Positions 53,163 to 64,000 of a DNA stretch of 64,000 bases are shown in pieces (the first letter of the stretch is position 1; the number at the start of each line of letters is the position of its first letter). The notes under the pieces were generated by a model, which did no database searches, was not told the origin of the DNA, and worked only from the letters and a program-made list of their open reading frames with translations. Both the position numbers and the translations under genes were made by a program. Source of the stretch: Eledone cirrhosa (lineage: Eukaryota); contig OZ024740.1 of NCBI GenBank assembly GCA_964016885.1, forward strand, positions 226,052,001-226,116,000, given 5' to 3'.

Positions 53163-53194
<32 letters not shown>

Positions 53195-53236
53195 GTGTGT
53201 GTGTATGTATGTATGCCATCTCTCTCTCTCTCTCTC

Positions 53237-53301
<65 letters not shown>

Positions 53302-53393
53302 ACATGTATGTACATGCCATTGTGTCTATATGTATATGCATATATATATGCATATATATATATGCATATATATATATGCATATATATATATGC

Positions 53394-53427
<34 letters not shown>

Positions 53428-53659
53428 TTGTGCTATTGTGTGTGTAAAAGAAAGAATGTAGATTAAATTAAATAGACATTACTTGTATATGGATCATTAA
53501 ATCTTTATGAAATACAACAACATCATTTAATCTATATGATCTAGGGGAACCCATAGAACAATAAATTGTAAACGTGGTAAGTTTATCACTTTAATATCTT
53601 CTAAATTATCTAAACTGCCAAAGCTTGACCAGATTTCTTCTTCTTTTTCGTCTTCTTTA

Positions 53660-54080
53660 ATGGTTATTATTATTATTATTGCTGTTGCTGTTGTTATTGT
53701 TGTTGTTGTTACTGCCATCATCATCATCATCCTCATAGTAATAACACCCTCATCTGTTGCCCTTGTGGCAATGATGAAGATATCATCATCATCATGGTGA
53801 TTATTATTATTATTATTATTATTATTATTTTATTGTTGTTATTGTTCGTCTTCTTCTTCCCCTTTTTCTTCTTCTTCTTCTTCCTCTTCTTCTTCTTCTT
53901 CTTCTACTACTACTACTTCTTTTTCTTCTTTTTCTTCTTCTCCTCCATCTCATTCTCCTGCTCCTCCCCCTCCTCTTCCCATCCTCCTCTTCCTTCTTCT
54001 CATTATTATTATTATTAGCATAAAAGTGGTTGTGTGATGATGATGATGATATTATTGTTATTATTATTATTATCGTTTTC
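53660..54080. repeat. Compound trinucleotide microsatellite (ATT, GTT, CAT, CTT, CTA, CCT)
   Basis: Direct reading. Confidence 0.9.
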
Positions 54081-54960
54081 ATCCATATCTTTTAATGTTG
54101 AAGTTGAGGATATTCAGGTCAATATAGAGAGAAAGACTTCAAACAATATTATACAGGCACTTTTTGATAAGTTTTTGATCTTTTCATATATTATGGCTTA
54201 AAGTTAACATTAATTCATGCACTGAGGTCAATTAGCCTGATCGCTTGTAGATTAATCTATTATATATACCTTGTTTCATTTCTGGTGAGATTTAAACTAA
54301 ACTTTAGTTCTAAACCTGGTAAGAAAAGAATGAAATGTCTGATGTTATTTTTACTTTATATGGTTGGCAGGACAAGGTAAGGGGTGAATACAGAGGGAGG
54401 TAGGTGGTTTTCAGGAACTACTGTCTCATGATTTTTCATTCCTATAACTACTTAACAAAACTTTTCAAGCATATGAAGAATATGATCATATATATATATA
54501 TATATATATTTGTATATATATATATATATATATTTGTATGCACATACATACGCTCAATCACATATACATATATATTGCTATGATGAGAAAGCACCTAGTC
54601 CACTCTGTATGGCTGTTGGTGTTAGGAAAGGCATCCAGGTGTAAAACATTGTCTCAAAACATTCCATTTCAACCCATTCCAGCATGGAAAAGCAGATGTA
54701 AAAATGATGATTATAATCATCATGATACACACACAAACATATTCACACACAGTTTCATTACTTTACAACTGTTTTCCATATATATCATTTTTTTTTCTTT
54801 TTTATTAATAGTGAATGTATACATCTTTGAAACTTTGAAATAAACAGTCACTATTAATAGCAAATATATTGACTCTATACTCTATGTATGAATATCTCGT
54901 TCAGTGCATGTTTAATGTGTTTATTAAATAAACCCGTAAAACAAGGATATATATATATAT

Positions 54961-55301
54961 CATCATCATCATTTCATTTTACGTCCACTTTTTCCCTGCT
55001 TGCAAGGGTGGGACGGGAACTGATTCTGGCTTGATTTCTACAGCTGGATGCCCTTCCTAACACCAACCTCATTTACAGTGAGTGGTGGGTGCTTTTTTGT
55101 CGTGGCATCTCCACGACCACTTTGCAGTGGAATGATATGGACCCCAGTCCCTATCATCTCATTTCTACAGCTGAGTAAACTGGAGCAATGTGAAATAAAG
55201 TGTCTTGCTCAAGGAAAGAACACACCACCCAGTCTGAGAATTGAACTCACAACCTTTTCGATTGCAAGGCCAATGCTCTAACCACTAAGCCATGTGCCTC
55301 C
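54961..55301 (-). mobile_element. SINE family B, full length
   Basis: Closely similar to 21962-22284. Confidence 0.9.
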
Positions 55302-55329
55302 TACATATATATATATATATATACATACA

Positions 55330-55363
<34 letters not shown>

Positions 55364-55397
55364 CATGTTGTATCGCAACAACTTTAAATAGAACTTT

Positions 55398-55464
<67 letters not shown>

Positions 55465-55859
55465 GTGCACACAGACACATATATATACACTCAAATGCAC
55501 ATCACTCACATACCCACATATATATATATATATATATATAAATACACATACATATTTACATATGCAAACACACACATGTGTATTTGTAGAGAGAGAGAGA
55601 TTTTAAAAGTGAAAATAATCATAGAGAGAAAAGAAGAGATGTTAATAGAGAAAATAAATAATAGCGAAGAGAATGTGTGTGTGCCTGAAGTGGAAGCAGA
55701 TGAAGGTGAAAGGGGAAAGAATGTTATAGATGAAAGATAATGCTTCTTAGAAGTTAATTTATATAAGAATATATATTTAACCTTACTGGAAAATAATTTG
55801 GGATTATAACCCCGAGAGGGAACTTACAGTTTAGACAATCAAATGATTGCAATTTCTAG

Positions 55860-55940
55860 CCAACTGGCTTTTCTTCGAATGTTTATATCACTATTCAGAA
55901 TAGATCTTCAAAAGATCTTGTCTTCGATAGAGTAGAAATG
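55860..55940 (+). CDS. Candidate 81-nt symmetric exon (PTGFSSNVYITIQNRSSKDLVFDRVEM)
   Basis: TTTCTAG acceptor, consensus ATG|GTAAGT donor, phase 0-0, open frame. No homology recognised. Confidence 0.35.
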
Positions 55941-56016
55941 GTAAGTGGGCCTTCATCAGTTTTGATAACGTGTGGTCTAGTTGTTTGATCAATGAAATGG
56001 TCTACTCGTTAAATTC

Positions 56017-56243
56017 AGTAGATACTCGAATATAAGCTGATCTGAATATAAGCCAGCCCCCACTCTATTTTATGTCTGAGAAATGGCCAAACATCCAAAT
56101 CCGGTTTATAAACCAAGGCAGCTAATCAACACACATTGTTTAGATGATGAATATAAGTTGCCCCCATCACCACCACCACCAACATTTTACCATTGATTCT
56201 TTTGGGTCACATATTCCTCAGCTTATAATCGAGTACATATGGA
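56017..56243. mobile_element. pogo/Tigger-like MITE nested in another dispersed repeat (relatives at ~10260-10420 and ~24770-24885)
   Basis: Termini GTAGATACTCGAATATAAGCTGA and TCAGCTTATAATCGAGTACATATGG. The host repeat resumes after the insertion. Confidence 0.7.
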
Positions 56244-56889
56244 AATATGTAAAGTAGCTGCATAATTCAAAGACATTTTTAGCCCTAATGTAATTTTCAG
56301 GAAGATTCAGCATGACACAGCATGTGATAAGGCTATTCTATTGAATTACTTATACATTCTATTTGATGAGCTTCCAAACAGTTTCTGTCTACACAATTTG
56401 TCTCAAAGTCTTGGATTGGCACAACTTTATGGTAAAAACACTTGCATGAGGTGTAAAGCAGTGAGATCAAATCTAGAATTTCATGAGTGTTCAGTGAAGT
56501 TATTAACCATTTGGCTATGCTATATCCAAACATGACAAGAAGTGTAATAGCTGTTATAAACTGGATCACTTGGAAAGGTAAAGAACAGGAGAAAAACAAA
56601 TAAAGGTGTACAGTCCAGTCATTCTTTTTTTTTTTCATTTCTATCTTTTAAAGAAATGTGAGAAATTTTAAGTAAATATCATGAATGATTATACACCTGT
56701 ATTAGGTAGGGAATTGTCAGAGTTGTTAGAATGTCGGATAGAATACTTTGTGGTATTTGTTTTTGCTTTTTGAGTTCAAATCCTGCTGAGATCAAATTTA
56801 CTTTTCATCCATTTGAAGTTGATAAAAAAGTATCAGTCAAGTACTGGAGTTGATTCTTCCTCTTTATCTCTTTCTCACTTCCTTTATAT

Positions 56890-57030
56890 CATTCTATCTT
56901 TCTCTGGAAGAAATCTGCTGTATTCAGACCTGAAGAGGAGATAAGCTCTGACAGGTTTTAAAAATGTCTTCGAAATGCTGTATGTCAATACAGTGTCTCT
57001 TGGACTCTCTCAGGAGTTACAGGACCATAC
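56890..57030 (+). mobile_element. Penelope-pLTR-like repeat with hammerhead-like core; deleted relative at ~46065-46175
   Basis: CTGAAGA-GGAGATA(21 nt)TGTCTTC-GAAA. Flanks TTTCTCTGGAAGAAATCT and GTATGTCAATAC are shared with the 46 kb copy. Confidence 0.45.
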
Positions 57031-57149
57031 ATACAATACACCTGTATTGAATTTTTATCTGTTCTTCAAAGTTAAGGTGTATTTATAGTTGTATGCAATT
57101 TTTGTTCTTACTATACTTCATTTCTATGCAGCAACTCGTTTTTTACCTC

Positions 57150-57525
57150 CACCCTTGTCGCTTTGGCCACAATTTAGAGGAGAGGAAGATAGTCAAATAC
57201 TGGGGCCTGACCCACTGCTTCCTGTCTGAATTAGTCTATCTCAAGACCTCTAGCATCCTTGGTCGCCCACAATGCTGATATCCTCCTTAAATTCAGAAAG
57301 ATTGCAGCCCACTTGAGGAGGGAGCCCCATGAAGTGGGATGGCTTTTGCAGTGGGTGTTTCTAGCCATTCTCTGCAGTAATGCTTTTGCCATTTTGTCTG
57401 TGGGACATGGCTGAGGCATCATTTTGACTGGGATGGAATATTGTGCCTCCCCCTTTCCTTTGTTTCGCTGCTTTCATGACATTGTAGGATTTTATATATT
57501 GAATCAATTTCTTTTATATAAAATA
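57150..57525 (+). mobile_element. CRE-like RLE LINE 3' end
   Basis: KTSSILG..ADILLKFRKIAAHLRREPHEVGWLLQWVFLAILCSNAFAIL* resembles the CRE C-terminal motif EPRE..WL.QRLS.AI.RGNA..IL. Confidence 0.6.
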
Positions 57526-58594
57526 ATCAATTTTTTCTCCCTATTTTCTGCTCTCAGCCTATATTTGTCTCGCCAACACAACCACCCACTAGCACTACAA
57601 CAACTAGGGCTGTCAATTTGGCAGAGACATTAAAGCATTGGGCATTTCTTTAGCTCTTTGCATTCTGAGTTCAAATTTATCTTCCAACCATCTGGAGTTG
57701 ATAAAGAAAATATCAATCCAGTGCTGGTGCAAACCTCTTTCCTTCTAACTGTCACATTTGGGATGTTTTGATGGATCAAGTGAGGGAAAGTCAACAGGGT
57801 GCATTCGTCTGCTCATGGCTTTATAGGTATCTGAAGCCCTTAGCAAAAGCATGGTACATATACCAAGGCATGGCTGTAGATTGGTTAGTTTTACTACTAC
57901 TATGATGAATAAAACTACTACAACTACTACTACTATGACAACGATGCCTACTGTTTCTACTACCAGCACTACTACTATTGATGCTACTACTACTACCACA
58001 CTACTACTACTACAACAACAAAGAAACTGCAAGGCAAAAATGTTTTTAATAAGAGCTTCCCCCTTTATTATATGTGATTGCTTTTTCATGTTCATAATCT
58101 CCATCAACCTGAAGCCAGGGCCGTCTTAACGCATGGGCACGCTGGGCAGTTGCCCGGGGACCCCACGAGGATAGGGGTCCCATGCTAATCTATGTATGTA
58201 GCGACTTGCTGTCAATTGATAAATACTATACTATACGGTAAGATCTCTCTAAACCGGTCCATCATAAAACCGAACACGTCTCTAAAGCGGTTGTTTTAAA
58301 AAGCCCTGGCTAAATGGTGTTAAAATTAATATAATTTTTCTTTACAAAACTGGTCACTTCTTCAAACCGTACACAGGCCACTTTTTAAAATATTTGTTAT
58401 AATAAATATATTAATTATAACCTCATAATACCGGCCACAACAACAACATTTTCTTTTAATGAAAGAATTCCCTACATAATAACAAATTTTTAATTAGAAC
58501 ATTCAGTTTCTGTGGCAATTGAGCATCATGATACCATTACAGTTTTTTGTTTGGTAAGATTTGAATGGCGACCCTCAGCGAATATTTGGTTTAA

Positions 58595-59330
58595 CCCTTT
58601 AGTGTTCAAACCGCCCGAAATCGGCCGAAATTATTTCCCCTTTATTTGTTCAAATCGTCCGAAAACACCCACATTAAAAATTCGTTCTAAAAATAAACAA
58701 ACCATCATCAAAATCTCGTCAATTCGAGACTGCTGCGAGATTAAGCTCTTCCCGCGAAAATGAACACTTTATATAGTGAAACAAGTTAAAACAACAATTG
58801 TTTTTTTAACTTTGAAAGTGCAACAATTTTTTTTTTTTTTTGTATCAACATGGCTTATGAAAGTAGCGATACCGACTTTGAAGATTTTACACACGACGAC
58901 ATTCAGAATAAACAAGAAACAAACGATAATATTAGTGATTTATCTTCAAATAAATCTGATGTTTATATTTCTGAAATTTCGTCCGACGATGATTGTTTTG
59001 AAAGTGAAAACGAAAGATCTCCAGGACGCCATTGAAAATATTACAGCAACGTGTTTGAAAAATACCACACTAATATATGTTCCCGATTTTATTCAAATTA
59101 CTGGTCCACAACACACATATTAGCTCCCGGTGCTAAAGCACTGGATTATTTCTTTTTGTTTTTACCACAAACTTTCTTCGAAGTTGTGGCAGAAGAGATT
59201 AATCGGAATGCCCAACAACAGATTTCAAATGAAGGAAAAGCCGATCTGTTTGGCGACCGACAGATGCTACGGAAATGCAAACATTTTTTACCGTAAATAT
59301 TATGTTCGGTATAAAACAATTTCCAAGACT
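58595..59330 (+). pseudogene. piggyBac left end and N-terminal transposase fragment inside the hAT
   Basis: TTAA|CCCTTT terminus, acidic N-terminus MAYESSDTDFEDF.., then FIQITGP..ALDYFFLFLPQTFFEVVAEEINRNA..EMQTFF..IMFGI (PGBD-type), with frameshifts. Confidence 0.8.
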
Positions 59331-59335
59331 GTTGA

Positions 59336-59515
59336 GGAGAACGTTCATTTTCAAGACTGAGACTTATAAAAAATCAGCTTCGCAGCCCAATGGGACAGCA
59401 GCGTTTAAACCTGTTTTCACTCATGTGTATGGAAAATGAAATCCTGAAAACCATTGACTTCAAGCCAATTATAAAGCAATTCTCTTCAAAGAAATTTCGC
59501 AAATATTTGTATTGA
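59336..59515 (+). pseudogene. hAT transposase C-terminal dimerisation domain fragment
   Basis: GERSFSRLRLIKNQLRSPMGQQRLNLFSLMCMENEILKTIDFKPIIKQFSSKKFRK. Confidence 0.92.
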
Positions 59516-60210
59516 CCACCTGATTATTAATAAATAGTTCATCGTAATTTGATAGTGCGCGATCTTCGCCTGTATGTTTTACGAATTGAATATCATTTGT
59601 GCTGAAATGTTGGTGTTTTTAAAGGCTCATACTATATTGTTCAAACGTTTGTGTTAATTAATCTTTGATGTACCACATGTTTTTAATGTATAAACACTGA
59701 TTTCGTTGGAAATGCCAATACAATGAATATATCTTTAATTATATTGATCATTTGTATTTTTATTCCTGTGAGTGGTTGTGTAGGTAGGGGCCCCTATGCT
59801 CTGCTTTGCCCGGGAGGCCCTATAATGCTGTTAAGATGGCCTTGCCTGAAGCATTGGTTTTATGGCCCCAGCTCCCACTTTCAAACCCTTCTCCTGTCAG
59901 TAGAAACAGTTCCATCTAATTAAGCTACAAAAAAGTCAAGAGTCGGGACTGACTGTCAGTGGTCTATGAGGCATATGGCACAAGGAGCACTTTTTTAGTA
60001 GTGAGAGCTTATCTACACAATCATTCTTCAGCTAGATAATATATAGGTAATACACCTACTCATTTGTTTCTAATATATGAATAAGTTATGCAGCAATTAT
60101 CTGGAAAATTATATTACACTTGTAGTAATTAGGAAGCATGTATCTTCATCAATGTACAATTAATTAAATTCAATTATTAAATGCAAATTTATTAAATTAA
60201 TTAAACTTAC

Positions 60211-60478
60211 AGAGTAATTTGAGAACTTGCAGAAGCTGTAAATTACATTTAGAAATATCTTTTTCAAATGCATCATCATCTACATGATTCGTGGAACTGT
60301 TAGAAATAACAGCCAGACTTTCCTCATTATCATACCCTATTATCTCAAAATGGGAAGGACACATTGGATAATATAGTCCTAAATGCAGTATACTTGGGAA
60401 AGAAATAATAGGATCATTGCTAGAAAGTCTTTGATCGAAGATGATTTGTGGCTGAAGAATAACCACTGAGATTATATC
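60211..60478 (-). CDS. Candidate minus-strand exon or coding remnant (~89 codons)
   Basis: Open non-repetitive frame DIISVVILQPQIIFDQ...LLQVLKLL ending at a GTAAGT donor. The acceptor lacks a pyrimidine tract. Confidence 0.2.
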
Positions 60479-61858
60479 TAAAATTTTCTTTTTCTTTTTT
60501 TTTTGTGGTGGTAATGGTGGTGGTGGTGGTTGGGGGGCTGAATGATTCTGGATGGAGTCGTATGGGTGCCATATTGACATACAGCATTTCTAGGGCATCC
60601 TTCTTTAGGCCTGAGTGCAATAGATTTCTTCCAGAGAAGGATAGAAAGAGAGAGAGAAGAAGTGAGAAAGAGATATAGATGAAGAATCGACTCAAGTACT
60701 AGACTGGTACTTTTATCAACCTCGAATTGATGAAAGGCAAAGTTGACCATGGTGGGATTTTAACTTAGAGAGCAGAGAGCCAGAACAAATGCCACAAAAC
60801 ATTCTGTCTGATGTTCTAATGACTCTGCCAATATGCTTACTTCATATTTAAATTTACTGAACAATAAAGGTAGATGTTTCTTTGTGTTTGAAGTTCAAAT
60901 GGCACTGATGTCACCATTGCCTTTCATTCTTTTAGAGTCAATTATATAAATACCAATCCAAAGTTGGTAGATTGATGGAATTAACAGAGCTTTGATTGAA
61001 AGATGCATTGCAGCATTTGTTCAAGCTTTTTGCATTCTGTGTTTAAATCCCACTGTGACTTATATATAGAAAAAGTGTTTTAAATAATCTTTGGCCAGAA
61101 TAATTTGCATAAACAACAGTATTGTTTTCCTCACCATCATCATTGTTATCAAAGGTCTTCATCGTTATCACCATCATCATCATGTGTTACACAAAACTCT
61201 TTCTGGCAATATTCTACAGCTTGATGCTTTCCCTGAGATCAACTTTTACTTTTTTAAGTAGTGTACAGATCTTCTTAGCACATCTAACCACTGAGTTACG
61301 GGATTTCTGGTTATGACACGCAAACAAACATTGCCTGTGCTACTAATGTCAAATGTGAAACAAAGATGCAAAAACAAACATACATACACAAACTCATGTG
61401 TATATATATAGCAAACTTTTTGTCGATTGGTTTTAAAGAGTATTGGTCAACCTGAGATTTCAGTAGAAGATACTTGACCTGGTGTCATATGGTGAGATAA
61501 AACCTGAAACTCTATAATTATAAAGTGAACTCAGACAATCATTTATTTAAATGGTGAATCATCATTTCAATCTTTGAAACAAAGAATTCATTATGAACAA
61601 AAGCAGGTAGTATGACAATATATCAAATAAGCAGGACCTAGTGGCATAACTACAGTTTAGTGTACTCCTTTACTGATTTTGTTTTACCATAAATATCTTA
61701 ATCCTGCATATTCGTTAACCCTTTCTTTACAGTATTTCTAATGAAAGACACTGCCTATGATTTTTTTTTTATTATAATGAATTAGGAAGGATTTAATAAA
61801 ATAATGTTCTCCTTATTAAATTGGTGTTTAGAACATAACATTTCTTATATAAAATAAT

Positions 61859-62040
61859 TGTTTCTACTTTAGGCACAAGGCCAGCAATTACCCAGTGCAT
61901 TACTGGTACTTTATTTTATCGACCCCGTAAGGATGAAAGGCAAAGTCAACCTCGGAGGTATTTGAACTCAGACCGTAAAGGGACGTAACTATACTGGAAA
62001 GCATGGCGTCCGACCCTCTACCGATACTGCCAATCCACCC
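61859..62040 (-). mobile_element. Young SINE A with perfect 17-bp TSD
   Basis: TTCTTATATAAAATAAT at 61842-61858 and 62041-62057. Confidence 0.95.
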
Positions 62041-62189
62041 TTCTTATATAAAATAATGCTTTCTACTATAGGCACAAGGCCAATAATTTTGTGAACAGGG
62101 AATGATAATGATTAATATCAATCAGGATATTAATAATATCAATCATAGATTTTTATACTGGAATATAAGTTCATCATCATCATCTTCTA

Positions 62190-62543
62190 GAAATTGTCCT
62201 GCTCCATACTTGATAGAACTTATGCATGGATGCTGAGGGCTGTATTTAATATCTTCAAAAGAAATATTCTAGGTCCCATCACTGATATATCTGTAATATT
62301 GCAGGAACAAAGAATGCACTTTGCTGGACACCGCTGGCGAGCAAAGCAAGAATTGTTAGTGCTCTTTTGCTTTGGGCACCTAGTTGCGGTCTGAGGTAGG
62401 TTGGCCAACTGGCTTTAACTTACATCTACCAACTATGTAGAAACACAGGATGCTCTCCTAATGATCTCCCAACACTTACGCTTGATCGTGATGGATGGTG
62501 TGCTAGGCTCATGAATGTCCAAGCAAGCTCAACCAGATGATGA
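62190..62543 (+). mobile_element. RTE/RTEX-like LINE 3' end
   Basis: LDRTYAWMLRAVFNI..RMHFAGHRWRAK..LDRDGW, with a TGA tail. Confidence 0.75.
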
Positions 62544-62960
62544 TCATCATCATCGTCATCACTGGAAAATCTGTTGTTCCCTAGCTGCAGCATCTTTGCC
62601 AATCCTGAGTAATTCTTGGCCAAAATTTTTTAATTTTCTCGAGTTCGTCTCGCCACCTGGTTTTATGGGTGCCTTGGTTTCTTGCGTGACCTTGTAGGGT
62701 TGAAAAGGTGAAGTGGGTGGTCCATCTATTGTCAGTAATTCTGGCAATGTGTCCTGTCCACTTCGATTTGTTTTGTTAATGATCTCTTGGATGTTGCAAA
62801 CTTTTGTTTTTTTCTCGGATCCAGTTGGTGGTTTTTCGATCTCACCATGTGATGTTTAACATGATCCTTTCATGGGCTATTTGCATTGTTCGTAGCTTTA
62901 GAATTTGCTGTTTTGTTAGGTTACAAGCTTCTGATCCATATTCGACAGTCGTCAGAATAC
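62544..62960 (-). mobile_element. Decayed RTE 3' end, tail-to-tail with the previous element
   Basis: RIMLNITW.DRKTTNWIREKTKV-like peptide, with (CAT)n on the plus strand. Confidence 0.7.
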
Positions 62961-63164
62961 ACTGATCATAAAGCTTACATTTTATTCTTGAAGATGGCAT
63001 TTGCCCTTCCAAAGGCTTGCCACCCCAGTGTGAACTTTATACTAGAATATAAGATATCTATTACTTTGAATTGTGAAAAAAAAAAATGGTATATTCTTCT
63101 TTTGACTTTCACCAACATAACCATAATTTATAAGTTAGAAAATGTATTTGTGCCAAGTTGCAGT

Positions 63165-63440
63165 GGGTATCACTGGCCATTGTCTGCAGGAATGCTTTTG
63201 TAGTCTTGTTGCAAGGTGCAGCCCCTCTACCGCTGCGCCCTAGGCAAGAGCACAATCATCCCCCCTCCCACTGTCTATGACACTAGAGTCCTTGCCATTC
63301 CCTCACTTTTTCATTTTTCTTTTTCTCTTTTCTCTTTTATTTTCCTATTTTACATTCCCTTTGCTCTTCTCTATCTGAATTTTCTTTTTTTTTTTTTCTA
63401 TTAAACTGTATTTACATGATATATTCCATAAATAAAGTAT
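63165..63440 (+). repeat. Second copy of the 41452-41730 repeat
   Basis: Reverse-complement similarity. Confidence 0.75.
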
Positions 63441-64000
63441 AACAACTATTATCACTTACCAATTATAAACAATATTGTCAAATACACACAACATAACATA
63501 TACATGATTAAAAAAGTAATGAGGAAACAATGTTGGAAGTGGGCACACTAAACCAAGGTTTGCCAATATTGTAACAAAAATACCCTGTCAGCATATTAGC
63601 AGCACAGCACATAAACGATGTTGATATTCAGTGCAAATGTTTATAAATTCTTCTGAAAAAGTAGGTGAAGAATTATTTAATTAATATATAATTAATTAAA
63701 CTTTAATTAATATGTAATTAATTAAAGTTTAATTAAAATTAGTTACATTATTAAATTCATACATTATTTCACAAGAATTAAAGGTCAGAAATGTAGAAAT
63801 ATGTTGCAAAATGCTTGGAAAGAGGAAATCTGTTGGATAGCTATACTGCACAATGAATACATTTGTAGGTGTATATATATGTGTGTTTATGAGTAGACAA
63901 TCTGTGTATGTGTACACGTGTATCTATGTATGCAGGTGTCTGTGTATGGGCATGTCTGTGGGTGTCTGTGTATGTGAATGTCTGTAGGTGCTTGTGTGTG

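Larger units (their letters stand above)
58116..59844 (+). mobile_element. hAT transposon, internally deleted and composite
   Basis: TIRs CAGGGCCGTCTTAAC / GTTAAGATGGCCTTG. Perfect 8-bp TSD CCTGAAGC (58108-58115, 59845-59852). Confidence 0.95.

Noticed and set aside
41452-63440. Inverted repeat pair as TIRs of a 22-kb element
   Set aside because: The copies are diverged, polarised with a 3'-tail-like end, and have no TSD; better explained as two independent LINE 3' ends.

Overview
AT-rich, repeat-dense eukaryotic DNA. The SINE/LINE families and microsatellite load look like a coleoid cephalopod, probably Octopus (recognised from memory, not searched). No intact host gene can be supported; the window reads as intronic or intergenic, with a few weak exon candidates, and almost all listed ORFs are microsatellite artefacts or transposon fragments. 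Contents: two satellites at the start (a degenerate ATAC-rich array and a 34-bp palindromic array with higher-order structure), many RTE-clade LINE fragments, a 36-40.6 kb cluster of R4/Dong-like restriction-endonuclease LINE 3' ends on TAA repeats, a CRE-like LINE end, at least three tRNA-derived SINE families, Tc1/pogo MITEs, a TSD-bounded hAT element carrying piggyBac and pogo-like pieces, and several hammerhead-like motifs. Most notable: a twin-priming-type inversion and a perfect 48-bp fold-back in R4/Dong copies; a SINE that repeatedly inserts at the tail of its own older copies; a satellite whose single-copy ancestor is still visible in the flanks; and a ~235-260 bp inverted duplication whose arms lie about 6.3 kb apart. 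Repeat boundaries are approximate unless TSDs/TIRs are quoted.
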